A DNA stretch of 64,000 nucleotides from Mobula hypostoma (lineage: Eukaryota). Positions within the stretch are counted from its first letter, which is position 1; each line of letters begins with the position of its first letter. Both the position numbers and the translations under genes were made by a program. Location of the stretch: positions 39,992,001 through 40,056,000 of the forward strand of contig NC_086108.1 of NCBI RefSeq assembly GCF_963921235.1. Direction: 5' to 3'. The notes below the pieces were generated by a model. The model worked only from the letters and a program-made list of their open reading frames with translations, was not told the DNA's origin and made no database searches. This document shows, piece after piece, positions 37,100 through 48,707 of this stretch.

Positions 37100-39130
37100 T
37101 TTAAAAGTAAATTATGCCACGCTCAGTGTTTCGCTAATGTAAAGTGCAATGACATAATGTTGGAAACCAAAAATTCCTGCTGACGCATGGCCTTTCGAGC
37201 TATGAATTATGCATTCACAATTATTTTCTCATGTTTTACTCCCGTCACGGACTTCACGCTATTCTTAATAATGCAAGTCACATCTGCTGGTAATTCAACT
37301 GCAAGACCCCTACCTCAGCCACTTCCAGCTGCCATCTTTGCCCACAGCCCTTCCTATGATTACTTTCAGTCCGATTCTTCAAGATGGCTGGGACATTCTA
37401 ATGAGTGGAAATGTTTTTTGTTTCTTTTTTCATTGTGGCGCCGTGGCAGATTGACTAAAAGAGCAGTGTAGCTTGAAAAGTATTTATATGAAGAAGGATC
37501 TTCGCAATGAGAGCATCCTGTTGAACCCAGCAGCTGTGGATTGATAAACCAGATACGTGCAGCTATCACAGTGCACTCAATACCTACCAGTTCACATCAG
37601 TCTTATTAATATCTGAGCGTGGCATAAAGCTTCATTCATTATTCATAGTAATCCAGTCAGAGGCCACTCAAAGACCTGATAAATTCTCACTTAAATGTCT
37701 GCGTCTGACAAAGCTCTAGATTTTATAGCCTTTGCCGTGCTCCAGTGTGGTGCTGTGGGCAAAGGTCCAGGCTGATTCCTCACTAATGACCAGCATGATG
37801 TACGAGCAGCTGCGGAGCTTCTGACATGAGCTAACACTGCACAGCGTACAGCCAGCTATCAGCACCGGATCCCAGGCAGGAGATGAACACTTGACAGGCA
37901 GCAGTGCCGAGGAGCATGCCGCGAAATTCTTCATTAGGCAGAGGGAGAAAGAGTTAAGTGACAAGGAAAGATTCCGAGCTCGAGTTAGAGGACAACGCGC
38001 GCACTCTTTCCGTTCCAACTCTTTTGTTTCTTGCGCCGTGACATCTGGAAACTTGAAAGGAATTTATAACTTCGGCAGGAAAAATAGGGAAGAGAAGAAG
38101 AAAATTAAGCTGGTTAAATATCCTCAAACCTTTACTTCTATATTGGTGTCAGCCTCTTGGAGCATTTTGCTTCCAGTTTTCAGAAGGGACTGGAGACGAT
38201 TTCTTCATTTGTATTGCTTCTTGCTTCAGGTGAAGCAGTGGAACATTACACCTGGAGGCTAGGAAACGTTTTCACAGCAAAATATTATTGCACTTGAGAA
38301 AAAGTAGGCTTCAATTATTTATACAAATGAAGCAGTTATATTACAGTATCCTGGTTTCAATGGCATTTACCTGTGCATGTTACATTTAAAGATGGACAAA
38401 TTAACTTCCCTGAAACTGCATCTGATTATTCCTAATTGACTTCTCTCCCTCCAGCAAAGCTGCCCCACTTCTCAAACAAAGTGTGCATTAACAGATAGTA
38501 CCTTCCCAGCAATTTATCTCTTGTAGGTGCTGACCCTTGCTTGATGACAGTTCAATGGGTGCCAGCAATCTTTCAGTACATTACTCCAGCGGCCATTTCC
38601 CCCGCGCGAGCCTAAGTGATAAATGTCGCCGAGATGAGGGATTCATGCTGAGCTCCATTTTGATGGGCGGCGTGCACTGTTCGCCAGCAGGCATTGCAGA
38701 GGCAATCAGGAGTGGATCCTTGGCTGATTCTCAAGAATTTTAATTCTTATATTCTCTCCTGAGGTCACTTACATGAGGAAAATCAACAATATTTTAAAAT
38801 CTACTGATCTCTCACTTTTACGTCACTCGTGATTTCTGAGCTTGTCCTGTTACGTTTAATAATCTTGGCTATGCTTGGTTTTATTTAGTGCTTTCCTTTC
38901 CAGTCCTGCCTTGGCTTTCCAGTGAGCTTTCAATACAGTTGCGCTCTATCAGTGACTGGACTGCAAATGAGCCTGTGACCGAACCATCAGCAAATCGAAA
39001 GCTTGAAATTGCAATGCCCCTGACAAGAAGCAGAGCAGGAGGACGCCTTGACGTGCAGAAACCTGTACTAAACATTGAGCGATGGAGGTGCTTCAACTCA
39101 TTCAGCTGCATTGCCTCAGTGTGCTGTTGA
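37100..39130. promoter_or_regulatory. TE-poor, CpG-retaining island; candidate conserved non-coding or regulatory cluster
   Basis: No recognisable repeats. Clustered CpGs (for example aacgcgcgcac at about 37995 and ccccgcgcgagc at about 38600) in a CpG-poor background. No convincing ORF. Confidence 0.4.
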
Positions 39131-40006
39131 TGAAAAAAATTATTTCCAACTACATGGCTCATTCAAAAGATTTGCAATTTTACTGTAGAGGACATTAATT
39201 GTACTTAGCATTTAGCATATTGGAGTATGGCTGATGGTCTGTGTGGACAGGGACTGGTTTTGCTGTTTTATCACTGTGCTATTTACTTGCAATATCTATA
39301 AGCTATCACACTATTATTAATTACAGTTCTATGCATTCTGTTTACCATATGTAAGTCTGAGAGTTTATTGCACACGGTCCATTCCCCCAATGTCTAGTAA
39401 CAGGATGTCCCTACACAGCAGCCCTTCCTCAGGGAATCTCTGTGGCACCTGCACAGATTCCAGTGTAGTCCTCTCCTGCACCTTGGAATTTGTCCTTCTC
39501 TAGCACTTGCTTAGGCCCACTCCCTTGCAATGGTGGAGCACAGCAGCTGATGCTCATCCTGCTATGCATCCCTGGGAATGGCCTTTAGAGTTCGGAATCC
39601 TGCGTTACCCAAGCTGTGTGGTGAGGAGGCATTCTGCTGAGTGACTGTGGCAGTCCACTCAGTAATCCATCTGACGTGGCTGCGTTCTCCTCTTCCCACA
39701 GGGCCTCAAGAAGATTCTGTGTGGACTACTGACTGACTGACTTGTGACCTGAGTGATAGGAAAAGGTTGAGTAGTTTGAACTTTATTCCCTGGTGTGCAG
39801 GAGAATGAGGGGAGATATTATAGAGGTATACAAAATTATGAGGGATATACTGTAGATAAGGAGAATTTATACAGATATTTTCCCCTCACTTTGGGTGAGA
39901 CAGGAACTGGAGATCATAGATTTATGGTGAAAGGTGAAATATTTATGGGGAAGCTGAAGGGGAATCTTTTCACTCAGAGGGTAGTACAAGAGTTGAATGA
40001 GCTGCC

Positions 40007-41417
40007 TGTCATAAGGAGGTGGCTCGGAACGGACCCAAGTGCAAGACACAGACACAAGTACTAGGGACAGGACTAGGATACAGGGTGAGGGCAAGGACAT
40101 GGATACGAAAACCGGGAACCCGGAACAGGATTGGACAAGAGAGCTAGGAGCCCAGGCTTGGACTCCGAGCCAGAGACTGGGCAAGGACTCAGTACCTGGG
40201 TCTTGCCTCTGGCTCGGACCCCAGAACTAGGCAAAGATGAGGCTTTGCAGGAGGCAGGAAGCTGGAGTCTTCAGGCTTGAGGCTAGAGACTAGAGGCGAG
40301 GCTTGGTAGGAGGCAGGAGGCTGGAGTATTCAGGCTTGAAGTTAGAGGCTTGGCAAGAGGCAGGAGGTTGGAGCCTTCAGGCTTGAGGCTAGAGGCTAGA
40401 GACTTGAGGTGAGGATTGGCAGGAGGCAGGAGGCTGGAGACTTGAGGCGAGGCTTGGAAGGAGGCAGGAGGCTGGAGACCTGAGGTGAGGCTTGGCAGGA
40501 GGCAGGAGGCTGGAGACGAGGCGAGGCTTGGCAGGAGGCAGGAGGCTGGAGACCTGAGGTGAGGCTTGGCAGGAGGCAGGAGGCTAGAGTCTTCAGGCTT
40601 GAGGCTAGAGGCTTGGCAGGAGACTGGAGTCTTCAGGCTTGAGGCTAGAGGCTTGGCAGGAGGCAGGAGACTGGAGCCTTCAGGCTTGAGGCTAGAGGCT
40701 AGAGACGAGGCAAGGCTTGGCAGGAGGCTGGAGACTTGAGGCGAAGCTTGGCAGGAGGCTGGAGACTTGAGGCGAAGCTTGGCAGGAGGCAGGAGGCTGG
40801 AGACTTGAGGCGAGGCTTGGCAGGAGGCAGGAAGCTGGAGTCTTCTCCTGGGCAGGGCGCTGTACTCCTGGGCAGGGCACGGTTCACCACCCGACGGAGG
40901 GAAGGGACAGAACCAACCGTAGGTAACAGCAAGACGGTCTGGCTTACCCGACAGAGGCAAGGGTTAGGAAGGGACAGAACTAACCATAGGTAATGGCAAT
41001 ATGGCCTGGCTTACCCGACGGAGGCAAGGGACAGGAAGGGAGCTAGGTACAGGATGGCTCCAAGACAATACTGCAGGTGAGATGAGGCAAGGGTTACCAG
41101 CAAGACCAGGCAAGGCTTCAGACAATGCAAGGCGAGACAAGAACTTCAGGCGAGGTGAGAGTTACCAGCAAAACAAGGCAAGGCTTCAGGTGAGGAAACA
41201 GAAGGCAGAGGAAGGGATACAAGGAGTAAGGACAAGAACAATCCAGCAGCCACACCCTGGTCTCTGAAGGTATTTATGCAGCCAGCCCCAACGAGCATCA
41301 GCTGCCTCAATTAGAGCTCAACAAGAACAGAAACAGGGTAGACAGGAAAACCTGGAGCAAGGGTCGTTGGACCGGACTATGAACCAGAATATGGACTTCA
41401 CGGACCGGACCATGACA
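40007..41417 (-). mobile_element. Solo LTR (1411 bp, probably Gypsy) with an internal tandem expansion
   Basis: TGTCAT...ATGACA ends and an exact 5-bp TSD CTGCC (40002-40006, 41418-41422). On the minus strand there is a TATA-like CATAAATA (about 41272-41279) and tgcacttgggtcc near the U5 end. Confidence 0.85.
40240..40845. repeat. Purine-rich complex minisatellite inside the LTR
   Basis: Shuffled modules GGCTTGGCAGGAGGCAGGAGGCTGGAG, ACTTGAGGCGA and TCTTCAGGCTTGAGGCTAGA. Confidence 0.9.
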
Positions 41418-41857
41418 CTGCCAGTGGAAGTGGTAAATGTGGATGAAGCTGCAACATTGGATAGGGACATGGATGACAGAGGTAAGGAGGGCTATGGTCT
41501 GGTTGCACGGAGATCAAACAAGGCAGACCAGGCTGACATGAACTAAATGGGCCAAAGGGCCTTTACCTGTGCTATAGTGCACTTTGACCCTATGATTCTG
41601 TGACCAAAGGTGTTCAACACCGATTTTCATGTTCATCCTGATAGCATGATTAGTAACTTTGCTGATGACTCAAAAGTTTTTGGTGTCTTGGATAGCAAGG
41701 AAGACTGTTGAAGGTTACAACAGGATATTGATTGGATGGAAAGTTCAGCAGAGAGTTGGCGGTTGGACATGTTCAAGGTGATGCATTCTGAGAAGTCAAA
41801 CAGGGGTGGTACTCATACAGTGAGTCCTGATGAAGGGTCTTGGACAAAAATGTTGAC

Positions 41858-42745
41858 TCAAAGTTCAAAGTACATTTATTATCAAAGTATGTGTACTATA
41901 GACAACCTTGAGATTTATCTCCTTTCAGGCAGCTACAAGACAGATAAAACACAACAGACTCCCTTAAAAAAAGACCATCAAACACACAATGTGCAGAAAA
42001 AAAAATCATGCAAACAATAAATGTAAGCAAATAACATTCAGAACTGAAGTTCCTGAAAGTGAGTCCACAGGCATGAAACCAGTCACGGCCGATCCAGGGG
42101 CCCGTTAGTTGCAGGCCACAACCTCAGTTCAGTGTAGGGATGGGTAAACCTCGCAATACAGTGAGCTGAACACTGACCCATCTCTTGCCTCCAGCCCCGA
42201 CACCCTGACAATTTTGAATCCGGCCCGGTGCCTAATCTGGCCAAACAGCGGGCCCATTTTTGCTCTCAGACCTGGGCCCTGCTGCTTCAATAAGTTCTCA
42301 GGCCCTGTACCCGATGCCTTGACTTAGCCCATACCTGATCTTTCCAATTTGGCCCAGCACTTAAACTGGTCAAAACTTCAGCTCGTTCCTCGCTTTCAGG
42401 CCACCGCCTTGACCCAGCTTTGCTTTGGTTCTGCCACTTTGAATCACCTCCAAGTTTGCTCGAGCTGCCAAACGTTGGCTCATTCCCCACTTTTGGGCCT
42501 GGGCCCCACCACCTCAATTCGGCTCATACACGCCACAACCGTCCTGTACCCACAAATGCTTCAGTTCACACCGCAAAAATGTCAAGTCATACAGGTGGTT
42601 CAAAAGCTCGACTGTGAAAGGGAAGTTGCAGGATACTGATTACAGTGATTGGTTTTGAGAAAAAAGTGTGAATGATAAAGTAGTTAACAGTTGTTTTTGC
42701 TGCCAGCAAGTCGTCGCTGTACTTCACCAGCACCATTTTAAACCA
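41858..42745 (-). mobile_element. Non-autonomous LINE-dependent element (Rex1-like 3' tail, no ORF)
   Basis: Reverse tail tcaaagttcaaagtacatttatta and gacaaccttgagattt, as in the Rex1 3' ends at about 28650 and 55110. The 5' end reads aaatggtgctggtgaag on the minus strand. Confidence 0.65.
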
Positions 42746-43307
42746 GAGGTGTGATGACGATGGCCTCTTTATTCCTTTCCATAATTTTTGCCTGAGCTAC
42801 CGAGTTCCTTCAGAATTCTGTGAGTGTTATTCTAGACCACATGCAATGAGTGTTGGAGTGCTAAGGAATATTGGTGAACAGAAGGACCATGAGGTTCTAA
42901 ACCATAGTTATCTGTAAATTATGATGCATGCAGGTGCTGGATGCTGAAGAAAGCACGTGGCAGATTTGGTTGTGGTATAGAAGATCGGACGTTATGTTGC
43001 AACTTTACAAGACATGGTTGGGCTGCACTTGGAGTATTGTGTACTGTTCTGCTCAGCGCAGTATGGGAAGGATGTGATTGCACTGGGGACACTGCTGACA
43101 AGATTCACTGGGGCGTTGCCTGAATTGCAGGACTTTAATTATGTAGAGAGATTTGATAGACTGGGTTTGTTCTCCCTGGAGCAAAGGAGGCTGAGGCAAT
43201 GACCTGATGGAGATATATAAATACTTTTCAGGTATAGATTGTGTAGAAAATCAGAACCTTTTCTTCATGGTGGAGATGTGAAGAACAAATCAGAATAGAT
43301 TTAAGAT

Positions 43308-43523
43308 AACGCACACAAAATGCTGGAGGAGCTCAGTAGGTCAGGCTGCATCTACGGAAGTGAATAAACAGTTGATGTTTTGAGCAGAGTCCTGAAGAAG
43401 GGTCTTGGTCCAAAACATAGACTGTTTATTCATTTCCATAGATGCTGCCTAACCTGCTGAGTTCCTCTAACATTTTGTGTGTGTTGCTTTGGATTTGCAG
43501 CATCTACAGACGTTCTTGCGTTT
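43308..43523 (+). mobile_element. Fold-back Penelope pLTR mini-insertion (216 bp)
   Basis: Inverted arms of about 80 bp around tcctgaagaaggg. Exact 13-bp TSD ATAGATTTAAGAT (43295-43307, 43524-43536). Confidence 0.9.
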
Positions 43524-46500
43524 ATAGATTTAAGATGAGAGGATGAAGTTTTAGAACGTATGTGAGGAGCAAGACTTAAACACAGAGAATGGCAGATGTC
43601 TGGATCTTGCTGCCAAAGGCAGTGGAATCAAATGCAGACAGAACTTTTAAGGGACATTTAGACAGGCACTTGAATAAGCAAAGCATTGAACAATACGCTC
43701 AATGGTTAGATCAGATTAGTGTAAACGAGCTAAAAGGTCAGTATGCATATGGTGGTGCTTTCCAATTCTGGCTACATCACTGTAAATCAAATCAATGGGG
43801 ATAGGTGGAACTTTGGCATGTAGTGACATTTAATATCTGCACCCAAGGATGCACATGCTGGGTATGTTTCTCCATCTTACCCCAGTTCCCACTCTGAAAC
43901 CACTCTACGTCACATCTCTGGAGACAGGATCCATTTTGGATCTCCAGCTGAAATGGCTTCATGTGAAGCTTTGCATGAGCAAAGTTTTAAGGGACTTCCC
44001 TGCGGTGCTGGATGAAGTTGCAGAACTGCCTCGAAAAGCTTGAGTTTAGAGAATCTGAGATAAGAAATATTATTGTTCAAATGACCTAACACTGTCCAAA
44101 ACAAGGTTGTTAATGCTGAAGTTACCAGCTAGTTACCAGCTAACACTAGTACCAAGGACAAACACAACAATATAGTAAGAGGCTTATTTCACAATGCAGA
44201 AAAGATTTCTGAAAATAACTTCAGTGAAATCAGTGCAGTAACCCTTTGAATACAAGCATTTCTTTAGTATGAAATGGTCATTGTTTCAACACCATGGGTA
44301 AAACATCTGAGACAAGGTGACAATTCAGAGAGTCAAAGATGAAGCCCATTAGGCCACGACATATGTTAGCTCTGTTAAATACTGACAATTGTCCTGATTT
44401 GCTTTGGGTTAAAGATTTCATTAGGAATGCTTGTGTTTTACTTAATGCTTTTTATTGGCACCAATAAGTTCTCCAATTGTTTCATAGCTTTTGAAGACTT
44501 TTGAAGTACAGTTAATGTTTCTTAAGGTTGAGAAATACAACAAATCACTTATGCACCCCGAAGTCATACTAATGATAATGGGGCTGGATAATTAATTGGT
44601 ACTCTTGGTTAATGGGTGAATGTTGACCAGAATAACAATTGTTCATCCTCAATGGAATATTTTGGGAGTCCTCAAATGAAATAATAACATTCTTTTCTTG
44701 GACATTCTGCATCAAGTACGATAGCAACACCATCAAAGTATCTTGTAGTAGCTAGAAGAAGGCCTTTACCACCTTATCTACATTGTAGTGCTGTGTCCAT
44801 GTCGTTTCCAGTCTGAGTCAACACGTGCGATGGAGCTCTGGAGAAGATTGAAGTATAGTTTCTGATTCCTTGGAAATATAGATCACATGTTTGAAATATC
44901 TGCAGTTGTGCCATTACCCAAGTGAAGAATAGAAGCTTTCGTTGAGCAGAGCCACGCCCACACATGCTGGAGGAACTCAGCAAGTAGACAGTATCAATGG
45001 GGGGGGGGAAGTTATGTGGAGGGGAATTGTTTGTGTTGCTCAAGTTTTCCAGCGTCTTGAGAATATTTTGTGTTCATTATTTCATTGGGCACGTGTTTGC
45101 TCGAGAAAAGTAACATGCCAGATGTTTAGACAGAGTAAGGCTTCCCATGGTGATGACTGAAAGAGACTTGTATGCTTCATCACTTCCATAGTATGAGTTA
45201 TATCATTTACAGATGATTATTTTTCTTAAAACTTAATGTAAATGCTGCAGATCAATCGGAATTTGCCAAGAGGATATTTTCATTACACTCCCATTAAACT
45301 TTACAAACTCATATAAAGTATGAATTGTGTCTTTCAACATAAAATAATTGGGAATTGAGATGGTGAATTGCATCCTGCAGTACAATATAAATTCCTTCAT
45401 TGTTTTACACTTTGTCAGCTATTTGATGTGTTTGGTATCTACTCATTGGATACTTTTCTCACATTCTCAAAATAGTTTTTCCCTGGGATATTACTTTTCT
45501 TTAAGAAAATCAAGAGTTCCCATGCTTTTCACTCATGTTCCTGACAAGCAAAGGAGTTGCTGACAGTAATTTTCAAGATATTTTATATAGGCATTTTTTT
45601 TAGAGGTCAAAAGTTGCTGGCTGGTAACACTGTCAACATGAAAGTATATAATTTTAAAAAAACATGTTCTGGTGTTTCCCTAACTTAAATACTATGTCTT
45701 TCAAACAAAAGTGACACATTTCATTACGTGAAATGTTTGCACAGCTATGTTAGGAATGCTATATAAGGCATCTGGTAATATAATACTTGTTTATGTTTGA
45801 TGATTTAAATTCTATGCTGTTCAAGCCATTAATATAGTTTGATGTTATAGAAGGAAAACTGCCAATGCCCTTGTCAGCAGAAGTTAGAGAACTAACCTTG
45901 TGCAACACAGGTAACTTTCTGACTGTAGTAGAAACTGGAATTTCAATGAATTTGAAGATCTTAATTCAAGCCCACCCCAAAAAAACTCTTCGAAATTCAT
46001 GAACCACACTGCATGTTGGTGTGCTTTCAATTTGTTTTAAATAGATTTCATTATGTACTCACTTACTGTTATTACCATTTCAAGTGAAAAGGATATTTCT
46101 ATGATACACATACTTATTAGGCATATATGCAGGCACAATAACTGAAATTTGCATTGCAAATCTGATGTTTTAGATGTGTTTTACATATTCCAGTATGAAC
46201 TAGTGTGCTATCACTGTCTGGATCAGGAACAGACAACACTAAATTAACAGTTAAATATTCTTCATTTTCACAGGCGTATCAACAAACACTGATCAAAGGC
46301 ATTGCAGTCCAATCACTTCATATTATCGGCAGTTGCAATTCTGAAGTATTGAAAAATTTTTCACAGTATGGTTCATTAAGGTTGAAACTATGTTGGATCT
46401 TCAAAATGCTACTAAACAATTTCCTGTGGTGTAACACAGGGGTAAATACATTTTCAGGTTGCCTCTGGTGATGTGATAATTTTTCTCTTTGTGTTCCATT

Positions 46501-47541
46501 AACAAAGTTCTTTCTCTCCCCTCTATGCTTATTTATTCATTATTTATTGTACACCCTTTTTTCTTTTCATCTCTGTATTTTTATAACATTCCCTTTCTTT
46601 ATATTTCTCCTCTTTTCTGTGCAGATCCTGTTTTCTCTGTGTGCTGTTTTGCTGTTTCCTCATTTTCTTTTTTTTTTGGTTTGAAAGGAAGCCTTATACT
46701 GGAAATAAACTTTGAAATACTTTGACAGCTCCTGCTTCATTTATCCAACCTTTAAATTGAGACATAGTAATTTTGGGCTGGTTGTCATGGGGATGGTATT
46801 AGTATAGCCATCAAGACCCAGCAGGAATGGATGAGGCAGACATGCCATGGGCTTGGGTAGGAAGCTGGCAGAGATCAAAGGGCATGGAGATGAGCCTTGG
46901 ATAAGGGAATGCAGTTGGAACAGAGCTCTGAAATCATTGAGAGGGATATTATTAGTAGAAATGAAACATAGGTGATAGTTATAAAATGGTGCAGAGCAGA
47001 TATCCCTGTGAATAGGACTGTATATCAGCAAGGGCACTGATAAATTATTAAGTCTATTTATTATTGTCATGTATACCGAGATACATTGAAAAACTTGTCT
47101 TGCAGACCATTCATATGTCAATTCATTACAACAGTGCCTTCAGGTAGTACACTGTAAAACAATGAAACAATGCAGAATAAAGTGTTACAGTTAAAGAGGA
47201 AGTGCAGTGTAGGTAGACAATAAAGTGGAAGTTCATAATGAGGTAGATTGTGAGGTCAAGAGACTATCTTATTAAACTAAGGGACTGTTTTATAACAATA
47301 GCAGAGGTGAGAAAAGAATAAAAGCAGTTCGAGATTTCTATCCCTGAGACCTGAATTCATGTCAAACTCTAGGCGGTGGATCTGTCCCTTCTCTTTGCTT
47401 GTAAGAAAATTCTGTGAAATCAGTTAGACTAATTGAAGATCATTTATCTCGATTATTAACTATTTCCTTACAATACCAATTAAGATAGAATACTTCAACA
47501 TCTTTCAAGACTATAATTCCATGTATTATATTTTAAGTATA

Positions 47542-48140
47542 CGAGGGGTGATTGATAAGTTCTTGGCCTAAGGTAGAAGGAGTTAATTCTTAAAAACCTA
47601 GCACATTTATTTTTCAACATAGTCCCCGCCTACATTTACACACTTAGTCCAGCGGTCGTGGAGCATACGGATCTTGGACCTCCAGAAAGTGTCCACAGAC
47701 AGGTGATTGATAAGTTCGTGGCCTAAGGTAGAAGGAGATGAGTTATACAGCTCTCGTTACATGCACATGCAGTTCAACTCTTGGAGTGATTATGCAGAAA
47801 GTTTGAAGTTAATAACTCATCTCCTTCTTGCTTAGGCTACGAACTTATCAATCACCCCTAATGAGTTATTAATTTCTAACTTTCTGCATAATCACTCCAA
47901 GAGTTGAACTGCATGTGCATGTAACGAGAGCTGTATAACTCATCTCCTCCTACCTTAGACCACAAACTTATCAATCAACCCTGCTATGGACACTTTCTGG
48001 AGGTCCAAGATCCGTATGCTCCATGACTACTGGACTAAGTGTGTAAATGTTAGAGGGGACTATGTTGAAAAATAAATGTGCTAAGTTTTCTAAAATTGAC
48101 TCCTTCTACCCTAGGCCATGAACTTATCAATCACCCCTTG
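47542..48140. mobile_element. Mariner-derived palindromic MITE (599 bp)
   Basis: TA|CGAGGGGTGATTGATAAGTT ... AACTTATCAATCACCCCTTG|TA. Inverted arms of about 280 bp, with TA TSDs at 47540-47541 and 48141-48142. Confidence 0.93.
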
Positions 48141-48707
48141 TAGATGGTTATTTTGAGAGGGATTATGGATGTGAATATTTGCTTCCTTCTTTGCTTTACC
48201 TGGGGTTGATTTATCTGATATATGTAGTTTTATATTCTAAAGAAAACTCTCCTTATTTCAAATTGTTTTGTTTTAAACTCATCCCTCTCTTCCATCCAAT
48301 TTGTGTTGTTATGCTATATGTTTCTATAGCCCTAATAATGCAGCATTAGTAGAGAGATCAAACTTCTTTTTGTGCATGACTGTCAATCTACTCACTGGCC
48401 TCTGGAGATGTTGTGGAGAAATGAGATGCCTCATAGCACATCTTAGTGGGCAATTGATGGGATGTCTTCTGCAGTCAGAGACCTGGGACCACAGTTACAC
48501 CTTGGGGCATTAAATATCTTCCATCTGGGAGCAGTTGGCCACATTGACGAATGCTTGCAAGGATTCTGTCCTCTGATTTTGTCAGGGCTGTTCAAGTTAA
48601 TGTCAGTGATGAATGATTTGTCTCCTCAACTAGGTTCATGCTTCCTTCAGTCTGGCTAATGGGTCTTCACCCACAGAATGTATTTCCAGTTGTTTTTCAT
48701 ACTGGAA

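Larger units (their letters stand above)
39760..41600 (+). mobile_element. CR1 3' fragment interrupted by a solo LTR
   Basis: gagaatgaggggaga...ttcactcagagggtagt...aatgagCTGCC [LTR] CTGCCagtggaagtggt..., then a 3' UTR ending ctatgattctgtg. Confidence 0.8.
41630..43720 (+). mobile_element. Old CR1 RT fragment hosting three later insertions
   Basis: FADDSK at about 41660, LHLEYCVLFCS..YGKDVIAL and LGLFSLEQRRLR. Confidence 0.8.

Noticed and set aside
40283..40960. 225-aa repetitive S/P/A/L-rich ORF
   Set aside because: It is the translation of the LTR-internal tandem array, with no ATG-supported gene structure or domain.
46275..46380. Possible exon after ttcattttcacag (AYQQTLIKGIAVQ...)
   Set aside because: Poor donor site and no recognisable protein similarity.
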